From contig NC_008578.1 in NCBI RefSeq assembly GCF_000015025.1, forward strand, positions 360,001 through 392,000: 32,000 nucleotides of DNA, written 5' to 3'. Of this stretch, positions 1 through 7,446 are shown piece by piece (position 1 is the first letter of the stretch; each line of letters starts with the position of its first letter). A model generated the notes under the pieces. It made no database searches and had not been told where the DNA came from. It saw only the letters and a program-made list of their open reading frames with translations. This DNA comes from Acidothermus cellulolyticus 11B. GTDB lineage: Bacteria; Actinomycetota; Actinomycetes; Acidothermales; Acidothermaceae. A program made the position numbers and the translations under genes.

Positions 1-479
1 TCACCGTGATTCTCGGGCTCGTGCTCCGCGCCCTTCCCGCGGCGCTTCTGCTGCTCGCCACCGTTGTGCTCTCCTTTGCGGCAACACTCGGCGTTTGCGC
101 GCTGGTTTTCCGGAACATTTTTCACTTTCCGGCAACAGATCCGTCTTTCCCGCTGTACGCGTTCATCTTTCTCGTCGCCCTCGGTGTCGACTACAACATC
201 TTTCTTCTCACGCGCGTCCGCGAGGAGATTCTGCGGCTCGACCTTCGAGGCGGCATTGCGCGCGGTCTGGCGGCCACCGGTGGCGTGATCACTTCCGCAG
301 GGATCGTTCTCGCCGCCACCTTTGCGGTACTCGGCGTGGTGCCCCTGGTGGCGCTCGTGCAGGTCGGCTTTGCGGTAGCGTTCGGTGTTCTCCTCGACAC
401 GATGGTGGTGCGCGCAGTGCTGGTGCCCGCGTTGTTGTCGGATGTCGGGCCGCGGGCGTGGTGGCCGACCCGCGTTTAG
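1..479 (+). CDS. MMPL-family (RND superfamily) membrane transporter, C-terminal part; 5' end lies outside the window
   Basis: The ORF is open to the left window edge (track ORF 6..479). It is a polytopic hydrophobic sequence with FLVALGVDYNIFLLTRVREE and AFGVLLDTMVVRAVLVPAL segments, typical of the last TM bundle of MmpL-type transporters. The stop TAG 477-479 overlaps the convergent sortase stop. Confidence 0.7.
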   Translation, partial: TVILGLVLRALPAALLLLATVVLSFAATLGVCALVFRNIFHFPATDPSFPLYAFIFLVALGVDYNIFLLTRVREEILRLDLRGGIARGLAATGGVITSAGIVLAATFAVLGVVPLVALVQVGFAVAFGVLLDTMVVRAVLVPALLSDVGPRAWWPTRV

Positions 480-1171
480 CCGGCAAGGCGGGCAAAGACC
501 ACGATATTCGAAAGATAGTGCCCGGTGTGGCGGTCGAACGCGCCGCCGCAGGTGATGAGCCGGATTTCCGGATCCGGCGTCGGTCCATAAACTAAGGCGG
601 TCGGGAAGAAATCTTTCTGATATTCGCGTACGGCGTAGACGGTGAACGACACGGCGGATCCGTCTGTGCGGGCCACGGTAATCACGTCGCCGTTGCGCAA
701 CGCGCCCAATCGAAAGAAGACGCCTGGGCCGGAATGAGCGGAATCCACGTGCCCGAGCAATACCGCTGGGCCGATCTGACCGGGAGCCGGTCCCAAGCGG
801 TACCACCCGACGTGTTGCACGTCCGCGGGGACTTGAATTTCGCCGTTCGGTTGGAGTCCCAGCGGGATGACCGAGGCGTGAACGCCGATCGCCGGAATGT
901 CAACGGATACAGGAGGCGGCGCGGGAGCCGTGTTCGTCGCCTGGGCGGATGCGGACGCGGCCGGCGGCGTCGACGCCGTGGACGGCGGTTCGTGGTTGCC
1001 GGGTGATGCGGGCGGCGCAGGGATTACCACCGGTGCGTGGGCAATGGCCGGCGGTGGTTGCGGCGCAGAACGCTGCGCCGCAACGCCAATGCCAAGACAG
1101 ACCGCGCCCGTGACGAACATGGTGGACGCCGCCACCAGCAGGTGACGGCGTCCACCACGGAGTGAAGGCAT
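476..1171 (-). CDS. class F sortase (membrane-anchored transpeptidase)
   Basis: 231 aa. It has an N-terminal TM anchor (LLVAASTMFVTGAVCLGIGVAA) and a Pro/Ala/Ser-rich linker. The catalytic domain carries VLLGHVD (His) and IRLITCGG (TLxTC-type Cys). It lies 15 nt downstream of the CHRD-like gene on the same strand. Confidence 0.75.
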   Translation of the reverse strand: MPSLRGGRRHLLVAASTMFVTGAVCLGIGVAAQRSAPQPPPAIAHAPVVIPAPPASPGNHEPPSTASTPPAASASAQATNTAPAPPPVSVDIPAIGVHASVIPLGLQPNGEIQVPADVQHVGWYRLGPAPGQIGPAVLLGHVDSAHSGPGVFFRLGALRNGDVITVARTDGSAVSFTVYAVREYQKDFFPTALVYGPTPDPEIRLITCGGAFDRHTGHYLSNIVVFARLAG

Positions 1172-1186
1172 CTGTTTAGATTTTGC

Positions 1187-1966
1187 TTACTCAGTAAGGT
1201 GATCCCGGCGCCGGATCGCAGCGGCGACACCGAGACCGCCTGCGGCGACGAGCGCGGCACCGATACCGAGCAGCTGCACATCCTGCAGTCCGGCTGTCGA
1301 ACCGCCACCGGTGGCGGCGCCGCCGCTCGGCACCGTTGACATTTGCGAGGCGACAAGCGTGCCGCACAGGGCGGGGTCGGTCGCTTCAGCCGGCAGGCTG
1401 GGGTCGAGTTCGCTCGGGCCGAGAACGTCGTCCCACTTGCCGTTTCCGTTGTAGTCAATGCCGTGCACGACGATGCTGGCCTGACCGTTACGGATGGCCT
1501 GCGCGTCGGCTGCGCTGATGGTGAAGGTGCGGTCATACGTGAACGACGATCCGGTCGGCATCCGATCCACCGCCAGTGCGCTCTGGTCGCTGGTGTCACC
1601 CGAGGTGGTGAGCGAAATCATTACCATGCCGTACTTCGGTGCGCCGTCCATGACGTCGATGGAGAGATGTCCGTTGTGCTGCTTGGCGTCCGCGGCCGTC
1701 GGGCAGGCGCCCTTCCCGGACGTCACGATGTGGATGTGCTGCGCGTGCGGCACACCGCCGAGCAGGCCGCTGACCGTCTCATGGACGGTAATTGTCGTGC
1801 CGTTCAACGTGACGGTCGCCGAACCGGAACCCGTCACATTGTTGGTCGGTACGGGTTGCAGGTTGGCCATGAACGTCTGTGTGGTTTGCGCACTCGCGGT
1901 AGCCAGTGGAGCAGCGGCGAGCGCCGCTACGGCGAATGGCGCGAGCAGGAACAGGTGCTTGCGCAC
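1187..1966 (-). CDS. secreted CHRD-domain-like protein with C-terminal cell-wall-sorting-like signal
   Basis: The track ORF 1187..2035 is shortened to GTG 1966, which is preceded by GAAGGAGG (4-nt spacing). A signal peptide follows (KHLFLLAPFAVAALAAAPLATASA/Q). The CHRD-like pattern is LQPVP..GSGSATVTL...GLLGGVPHAQHIHI plus a second VVHGID module. The C-terminus is a Gly-rich stretch, a hydrophobic helix and RRRD. Confidence 0.55.
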   Translation of the reverse strand: MRKHLFLLAPFAVAALAAAPLATASAQTTQTFMANLQPVPTNNVTGSGSATVTLNGTTITVHETVSGLLGGVPHAQHIHIVTSGKGACPTAADAKQHNGHLSIDVMDGAPKYGMVMISLTTSGDTSDQSALAVDRMPTGSSFTYDRTFTISAADAQAIRNGQASIVVHGIDYNGNGKWDDVLGPSELDPSLPAEATDPALCGTLVASQMSTVPSGGAATGGGSTAGLQDVQLLGIGAALVAAGGLGVAAAIRRRDHLTE

Positions 1967-2208
1967 GGTACCTCCTTCAAGGGGTCGAAGCTTCCTGACG
2001 ACCGGTATTCGCCGGAACAGGTCGCGGCGGTTCACTCCGGCACCGGGTGGGGTTAGGACCGTGCGCGGGGCGGCGGGGCGACTGGCGCGTCGCGCTGCGC
2101 GATGACCGAGTGGGCCGCGGACGCCGATGGCGACCGACCGGCCGCAACGTACCGCGGCGCGCCGCGACCGATGTCATCCAATTCGGCGGTTCGTGCGAAG
2201 GTAAGGGC

Positions 2209-2799
2209 GTGGGTGAATCGCCGTCACCGGCCGTCGACGACGGAGTGCTCCTCGGGCGGGTACGGGCCCGGGACGATGCCGCCCTCGAGGCGCTGTATCG
2301 CCGGTACGGATCAATCTGTTATCGGCTGGCGTATCGCATCGTGGGTGATGAGCACTTGGCGCACGACGTCGTCCAGCAGGTCTTCCTCGCGATCTGGCGA
2401 GATGAGTCGTACGACGCGCAGCGCGGCACGTTCGGCAGTTGGCTGCTCTCGGTCGCACACCATAAGGCCGTCGACATGTTGCGCAGGGAACGGGGGCGCC
2501 TCACCCGGCTCGCCGATGAGCAGGAGATCGTTGAATTGGCGGCAGCCGGGCCGTCGGTGGCCGATCAGGCGTGGGAGAACCTGCGGGCCGTCCGTACCCG
2601 GGCAGCCCTGCGACGGCTTTCCGCCGAGCAGCGCGAGGTGCTTCTCCTTGCCTATTACGGTGGATACACGCAGCGGGAAATTGCTGAGATCACCGGACTA
2701 CCCTTGGGCACCGTAAAAAGCCGCACCCTGCACGCAATGCGGCGGTTACGGGAGTTGTTAGCGGACAGCATGGAGTCACTCGAAGGCGGTGAGCCGTGA
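2209..2799 (+). CDS. ECF-type RNA polymerase sigma-70 family factor (SigK-like)
   Basis: Region 2 (DVVQQVFLAIWR, GTFGSWLLSVAHHKAVDMLRRE) and region 4 (LSAEQREVLLLAYYGGYTQREIAEITGLPLGTVKSRTLHAMRRL) are recognisable. The start is set at in-frame GTG 2209 after GAAGGTAAGGG. The 5' part of the track ORF (from 2047) is Arg-rich and unlike sigma factors. The start is uncertain. Confidence 0.8.
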   Translation: MGESPSPAVDDGVLLGRVRARDDAALEALYRRYGSICYRLAYRIVGDEHLAHDVVQQVFLAIWRDESYDAQRGTFGSWLLSVAHHKAVDMLRRERGRLTRLADEQEIVELAAAGPSVADQAWENLRAVRTRAALRRLSAEQREVLLLAYYGGYTQREIAEITGLPLGTVKSRTLHAMRRLRELLADSMESLEGGEP

Positions 2800-3599
2800 A
2801 CACTCGACATCACGACGAGTGGGAGGAACTCGCCGCCGCTTTCGTCCTCCACGCATTGGAACCGGCGGACGAACAACGGTTCGTCGCCCATCACGCGACC
2901 TGTTCACGCTGCCAAACGCTGGTCGAGCAGTACGAACTCACGACGGCGCATCTCGCCTCCCTTGCCGACGTTCCTGACCTCGAGCCGCCGACCTGGTCGA
3001 CTCTCCGCGCTGCCATCCTGGGCGAGGACGCCGCTCCGTCGCCGGTGCAGGGGGTCAGCGACGGCGAGAGGCGCAGGCGGACGGCGTCCGCGCGTGGCCG
3101 ACGTCCCTCACATTGGTGGACGACGCTGACCCAGCGTCGGGTCTCGCTTCGGACGGCGGTTGTCGCCGCGGCGCTTTCGGTTGCCGTAGCGGTGGGTGTC
3201 ACGGTCTGGCAGACCTCGGGCGGTGGATCAGGTGCGCGATTGACCGCCGGCTGCGCGACCGAAACGTCGTGCCGGCTGGTCACCCTGCACGGCAAAGCCG
3301 GTGATGTCGTGCTTGTCGTGCAGGGCGACAACGTGTCGATTCTCTCGAGCGATTTACCGCCTCTGGACGCACGCCACATGTACGTGCTCTGGCAGCAGCC
3401 GCTAAACGCCAAGCCGCTGCCGCTGGTGGGTTATCACCAGGCTGGCGCGGGGGTCTGGGTCCGGCTCGCCGCGCCGTTTGACCGCACGCAGGCCTTGATG
3501 GTGAGCGCTGAACCCAAGGGTGCCTTGCCGGCGACGGCGAGCAATGTGCTCGCTGCAGCGGAGCTCTCGGTTCCGGCCTCACCGCAATCCTCGACCTAA
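2796..3599 (+). CDS. zinc-binding (ZAS) anti-sigma factor, RskA-like
   Basis: Its GTG overlaps the sigma gene stop (GTGA), which implies translational coupling. The N-terminal H-x3-C-x2-C motif is HHATCSRC. A central TM helix is present (AVVAAALSVAVAVGVTVW). The C-terminal domain has YVLWQQP...PLPLVGY, typical of anti-sigma-K (RskA) extracytoplasmic domains. Confidence 0.75.
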   Translation: MNTRHHDEWEELAAAFVLHALEPADEQRFVAHHATCSRCQTLVEQYELTTAHLASLADVPDLEPPTWSTLRAAILGEDAAPSPVQGVSDGERRRRTASARGRRPSHWWTTLTQRRVSLRTAVVAAALSVAVAVGVTVWQTSGGGSGARLTAGCATETSCRLVTLHGKAGDVVLVVQGDNVSILSSDLPPLDARHMYVLWQQPLNAKPLPLVGYHQAGAGVWVRLAAPFDRTQALMVSAEPKGALPATASNVLAAAELSVPASPQSST

Positions 3600-3785
3600 C
3601 GCGACCGCAGTCCCGGCATAGCGCGCCGTCGCAGGCCCGATGCGGACGGCAGCCGTTACCAGCCCGACCAGCCGGCCGCCGTCGCGGTCGCCGGCGCGAC
3701 CGAGACCTGTGCCTTCACCGCCTCGACGGAGTGGCCGCCGTTACCGCCCCGACGGGGTGGCCGCGGTCGCCGGTGGCCTTGTCGG

Positions 3786-4799
3786 CTAGTGGGAAAATCT
3801 CCGTTGCAGAACCGCGTGGATGGTGATGGCGGCGGTGATGATGCACCCGTAAAGAAGTTGGGAGTAGAACTCCTCCAATCCGACGGCGACGATTCCTGCC
3901 TCGATGCCGCCGATGAGAAATGCTCCGATGAACGTTCCCCAGACCGTCCCGCGGCCGCCGAAGACGGATGTTCCGCCGACGAAGACAGCGGCAAGGGCGG
4001 GCAGCAAGTACCCGTCGCCTTGACCCGGGTAGAAGTTCAGCACGGCGAAGCTGTTCATGGCGCCGGCGAACGCCGCCGCAAGACCGGTCAGCAAGAAGAG
4101 AATCATCCGGGTCCGGGCGATCGGCACGCCCATCAGCGCAGCCGCTTGGCTGTTGTCGCCGATGACGTGCGCATTGTGGCCGAGGCGATGGCGATACAGC
4201 AGGATCCAGCACACGACGGCCAGCACCGCGAACCAGACGAACTGCATGGGAATCCCGAGGAAGCGGCCGACGAGCAGCCGGGATGCCACCGTCCCGCTGG
4301 TTTCGGTGAGCGTGTAGCTCTTGCCGTTGACGAGGACGAGAGTCAGCCCTCGGTAGAGAAACTGCGTGCCGATCGTCAAGACGAGTGCTGGAATTCCGAA
4401 TACTGTCACGAAGACGCCGTTGATGAGTCCGGCGGCGGCGCCGATCGCCAGCGCGGTGAGCAGGCCGAGCGTGACGTTTCCGGTCGTATGCTCAACGGCG
4501 ACATACCCGACCATGCCCAGTGCGAAGACAGCCGGGAAAGACAGGTCGATGTCTCCCGCGATGATGAGCATGGTGAGGGCCAATGCGGTGATGCCGAAGT
4601 ACGGCACGGTCTGCGCATAGGACACATAAATTCGGGACCCGAGAAAAGTCGCCGGCGCGAGCACCGTGAAGACGAGCCAGACGACCGCAAAGGCGGCCGT
4701 GATACCAAGCTGCGAAGACCAGGCGGTCGCCCATCGGCGTACGTTCCAACCGCTCCGCCGACCGGTCACCGGTGGTCGTTCGCGTACCAACGTCGTCAC
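3786..4799 (-). CDS. sugar ABC transporter permease (CUT2/ribose-type)
   Basis: 337 aa and polytopic. It resembles the RbsC/branched-chain-type permease family. The GTG start overlaps the ATPase stop (GTGA). Confidence 0.8.
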   Translation of the reverse strand: MTTLVRERPPVTGRRSGWNVRRWATAWSSQLGITAAFAVVWLVFTVLAPATFLGSRIYVSYAQTVPYFGITALALTMLIIAGDIDLSFPAVFALGMVGYVAVEHTTGNVTLGLLTALAIGAAAGLINGVFVTVFGIPALVLTIGTQFLYRGLTLVLVNGKSYTLTETSGTVASRLLVGRFLGIPMQFVWFAVLAVVCWILLYRHRLGHNAHVIGDNSQAAALMGVPIARTRMILFLLTGLAAAFAGAMNSFAVLNFYPGQGDGYLLPALAAVFVGGTSVFGGRGTVWGTFIGAFLIGGIEAGIVAVGLEEFYSQLLYGCIITAAITIHAVLQRRFSH

Positions 4800-5704
4800 G
4801 CAGCACCTCCGTCATCAGATTGGCGCGTTGGCTCAATGAAGCGGCCGGTAGCCGCGACTTCGCGCATGATTGCGGTGAGTTCCGCAAGGGAGTATCGCGA
4901 AGTCGGAAAGTCACCAACGACCGTGCCTCGGTCCAGCAGCACGATGCGATCGGCAACGGAATACACGTGAAAGATGTTGTGGTCGATGAAAATTGCCGAC
5001 TTGCCGGCGTCGCGGATGCTCCGGACGAACATGAGGCACTTTTCCGTCTCACTCAACGACAAACCCATCGTCGGCTCATCGAGAATGATCAGGTCGGCAT
5101 CAAAATGCAGCGCGCGGATGATGGCAAGTCCTTGACGCTCGCCGCCGGACAGGCCGGTCACCGGCGTATCCGGCGTGAGGATCGCCGACGTGAATCCCAT
5201 GGATTCGCGCATCAAGGACGCCGTCGTCCGCCGCATCGCCCGTACATTCAGGAGGCCGGCGAATCGGGTAAGCGGGCGCGCCATGAAGACGTTCCGCCAC
5301 AGCGACTGCTGTTCGGCAAGAGCCCGTTCCTGGTAGACCGCCTCGATGCCGAGCGCTCGCGCCCGCTGCACGGTGAGGTTGTGAATGCGCTCACCTCTGA
5401 AGACGATCTCACCGCTGTCGGGTTGGTGATATCCGGTGATTATCTTGATGAGGGTGGACTTTCCCGCGCCGTTGTCCCCGACCAGCCCGATGACTTCCGC
5501 GGCGTGCAGCCGGAGACTGACATCGCGCAGGGCGTGTATTCCAGCGAAGGATTTTGCGATGTGGCGGAGCTCGAGGACAACGGCGCGGTCATGTGCGCTG
5601 TCTGAGGGTGTAGCCGGCCGGAGAGCGTGGAGCTCCCCGGCCGGCCCCTTTTCGGAGGCATGTGCCGCTGTACCGTTTGCGGCGTCTGCAGGGTGTCGCG
5701 TCAT
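4796..5704 (-). CDS. sugar ABC transporter ATP-binding protein (single nucleotide-binding domain)
   Basis: Walker A is GDNGAGKST, the signature is LSGGERQ and Walker B is LIILDEPT. There is only one NBD, plus an N-terminal extension of about 45 aa. Confidence 0.85.
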   Translation of the reverse strand: MTRHPADAANGTAAHASEKGPAGELHALRPATPSDSAHDRAVVLELRHIAKSFAGIHALRDVSLRLHAAEVIGLVGDNGAGKSTLIKIITGYHQPDSGEIVFRGERIHNLTVQRARALGIEAVYQERALAEQQSLWRNVFMARPLTRFAGLLNVRAMRRTTASLMRESMGFTSAILTPDTPVTGLSGGERQGLAIIRALHFDADLIILDEPTMGLSLSETEKCLMFVRSIRDAGKSAIFIDHNIFHVYSVADRIVLLDRGTVVGDFPTSRYSLAELTAIMREVAATGRFIEPTRQSDDGGAA

Positions 5705-5721
5705 CTCAGTCGTCTTCTACC

Positions 5722-6795
5722 TCAGCGGATCTGCTTGTCGACCAGTGGAGCGAGTTTATCGATGTTCGACTTGTCATCAAAGCCTGCGCCGGTGTCAATG
5801 CGCAATCCGCTGAAGCCGTACACGTGGGAGAGACACAACTGCAGAATTCCGAAGTATCCCTGCAGCCATTCCTGTTGATCAATGACGAGGCTGATGTATC
5901 CGTCCTGGATGCCCTTGACGGTCGCCGGCGACATGTCGAAGCCCGCGGCGAAGACCGATCCGGGCTTGAGGTTGGCCGCCTTCATGTAGGTCGGGATTGT
6001 GGCGGTCAGGTTGCCGTGGTCAATGAAAATGGCTTTGACGTCGGGGTGCTTGGACACGTAACCGGTGAAGATGGAGACACCGGCTGCCGGGTCCTTGTTG
6101 GTCGCATCGTTGATTTCCAGGTAGTCAACGGTGAGGCCGGCTTTCTTCAACGTGTCGACAATTCCCTTGGTCCGCTCCCCGCGGCCGGGTTGCGACAGGA
6201 GACCCCAGACGAAGACCCGGTCGCCCGCCTTTAGATTCCCGCGCTTGATGGCCTCCGAAGCGAGCGAGGCGCCTGCCTGGTAGAGCACCGCACCGACATA
6301 GCCCATGCCCTGTGACTGGTATTTCGCTTCGGCCTGCGGCAATTCGGTGTTCATCACCGTCACGGTGATGCCCTGCGCCTCGGCTTGGTCGATGAGCGGG
6401 TCGAAGGCCGCATCACCGGGGTGTCCCATGATGGCGATACCGTCGGGATGCGTGGCCATTGCCTGCTTGAATTGGGTAATCATCTTGTTCGGATCCCAAT
6501 CGGACCATTCATACGTGACCGACGGACCCAGTGCGGCTGCGGCGGCCTTCGCGCCGTTGTAGACGACGGTCTCAAACGGTCCGCCGGGAGTTCCGCCCGG
6601 GAAGAAGACGATCTTCATGCCCTTGCAGAACTGGGCGCCCGTCGGCACGGCACCGGCGGCCGTTTCCGTTGCCGGCGCACTCGTGCTCTGCTTCTGCGGC
6701 GTCTGACTCTTGCTGCTGCAGCCCGCCGCGACCAGCGGGACGATCGCGAGCAATGCGAGTCTTCGCCAGGTGAGGATGCGTGTCGTGCTTCCCAT
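5722..6795 (-). CDS. sugar ABC transporter substrate-binding lipoprotein (periplasmic-binding-protein fold)
   Basis: The track ORF 5722..6999 is shortened to ATG 6795, preceded by GGGAGG (7-nt spacing). The lipobox is LVAAGCSS. The body is typical of Peripla_BP sugar binders. Confidence 0.8.
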   Translation of the reverse strand: MGSTTRILTWRRLALLAIVPLVAAGCSSKSQTPQKQSTSAPATETAAGAVPTGAQFCKGMKIVFFPGGTPGGPFETVVYNGAKAAAAALGPSVTYEWSDWDPNKMITQFKQAMATHPDGIAIMGHPGDAAFDPLIDQAEAQGITVTVMNTELPQAEAKYQSQGMGYVGAVLYQAGASLASEAIKRGNLKAGDRVFVWGLLSQPGRGERTKGIVDTLKKAGLTVDYLEINDATNKDPAAGVSIFTGYVSKHPDVKAIFIDHGNLTATIPTYMKAANLKPGSVFAAGFDMSPATVKGIQDGYISLVIDQQEWLQGYFGILQLCLSHVYGFSGLRIDTGAGFDDKSNIDKLAPLVDKQIR

Positions 6796-7143
6796 ACGAT
6801 TGCCTCCCACTTCTCGGTCGGATGCTTTGACGGGCGCCACCGCTTCGGCGGTCATCGAAGGGGTGCGCCGTTCTGGGCAAGGCGTTATGCACCCGCGCGA
6901 TGCGCGGGCGTGGATGCAGAGTCTGGATTGCGCAGGCTTACCTCCTCGTGGCCAAGGCGTGTGCCGGTGGGTGTCGTCGATCCGGGCTCCGGACTGCATC
7001 CGGCGAGCCGCCGCACGCCACGCAGCGAACAGTGATGCGCCTGATGGGGCACATGCACCCGCGGCGTGTCGTCAACGTTCTGCGCACGGTCTCCTCGGCG
7101 CTCGCCTGGTCGACGTACGGCGTGAGCTATCGGTGGTGACACT

Positions 7144-7172
7144 GTTATACGCCATTATGCGAGCGCTAACAA
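7144..7172 (-). promoter_or_regulatory. candidate minus-strand promoter (-35 TTGTTA, 17 nt, -10 TATAAC) overlapped by a LacI-type operator-like palindrome TGTTAGCGCTCGCA (7158..7171)
   Basis: Read directly from the AT-richer island. The palindrome is centred on AGCGCT, with 10/14 positions self-complementary. It lies about 350 nt upstream of the ABC operon start. Confidence 0.25.
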
Positions 7173-7268
7173 GAACGGTGGATGTTTCAATTTGGCATAC
7201 CCAGGGCATGTCTCCACGCCACTCGATGGTCGATTGTCCGAACTCGAAGCGAGAAGTCGATCACATGC

Positions 7269-7282
7269 TGTGAACGCTAACA
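7269..7282. promoter_or_regulatory. second LacI-type operator-like site TGTGAACGCTAACA
   Basis: 10/14 positions are self-complementary. It shares the 8-mer CGCTAACA with the site at 7158..7171, 111 bp away. Confidence 0.2.
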
Positions 7283-7434
7283 TCACTCTCCGCTGGTCGG
7301 TGCCGGTGAGGGCCGGCGGGCGACGACACCGGCGGAGGGGACAAACGGCCGCACGAGCCGCATGACGAGGCGGCCGCCCCGCACGGCTCCGGAATCAGTT
7401 GTCGCGTGCGCGTGCCGGCGACCCCTGGTGTCCC

Positions 7435-7440
7435 TAGACT
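7435..7440 (+). promoter_or_regulatory. candidate -10 hexamer TAGACT, 6 nt before the alr GTG (leaderless-type geometry)
   Basis: TAnnnT hexamer, then TGCGCC, then GTG 7447. There is no SD. Confidence 0.35.
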
Positions 7441-7446
7441 TGCGCC

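Noticed and set aside
3656-3718. A short minus-strand ORF (V)KAQVSVAPATATAAGWSGW* downstream of the permease, with high GC3.
   Set aside because: It is only 20 codons and has no modifying-enzyme or RiPP context. It lies in the convergent spacer and is most likely chance.
6796-6999. N-terminal extensions of track ORFs. Examples are the binding protein to 6999, murA to 21389, xylanase to 25747, PIG-L to 27596, the sigma factor from 2047, groES from 12945 and rimI from 10528.
   Set aside because: Each extension is Arg/Pro-rich and unlike the protein family. An internal start with a good SD or leaderless -10, followed by a proper N-terminus (signal peptide, lipobox or conserved motif), fits better.
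6938-7087. A 49-codon minus-strand ORF in the long gap, VRRTLTTRRGCMCPIRRITVRCVACGG..., with a CxC-N8-CxxC pattern and GAGGAG upstream.
   Set aside because: It is Arg-rich with low complexity. It cannot be distinguished from a chance open frame in GC-rich DNA without conservation or Ribo-seq data. It is mentioned only because it lies downstream of the candidate promoter at 7144-7172.
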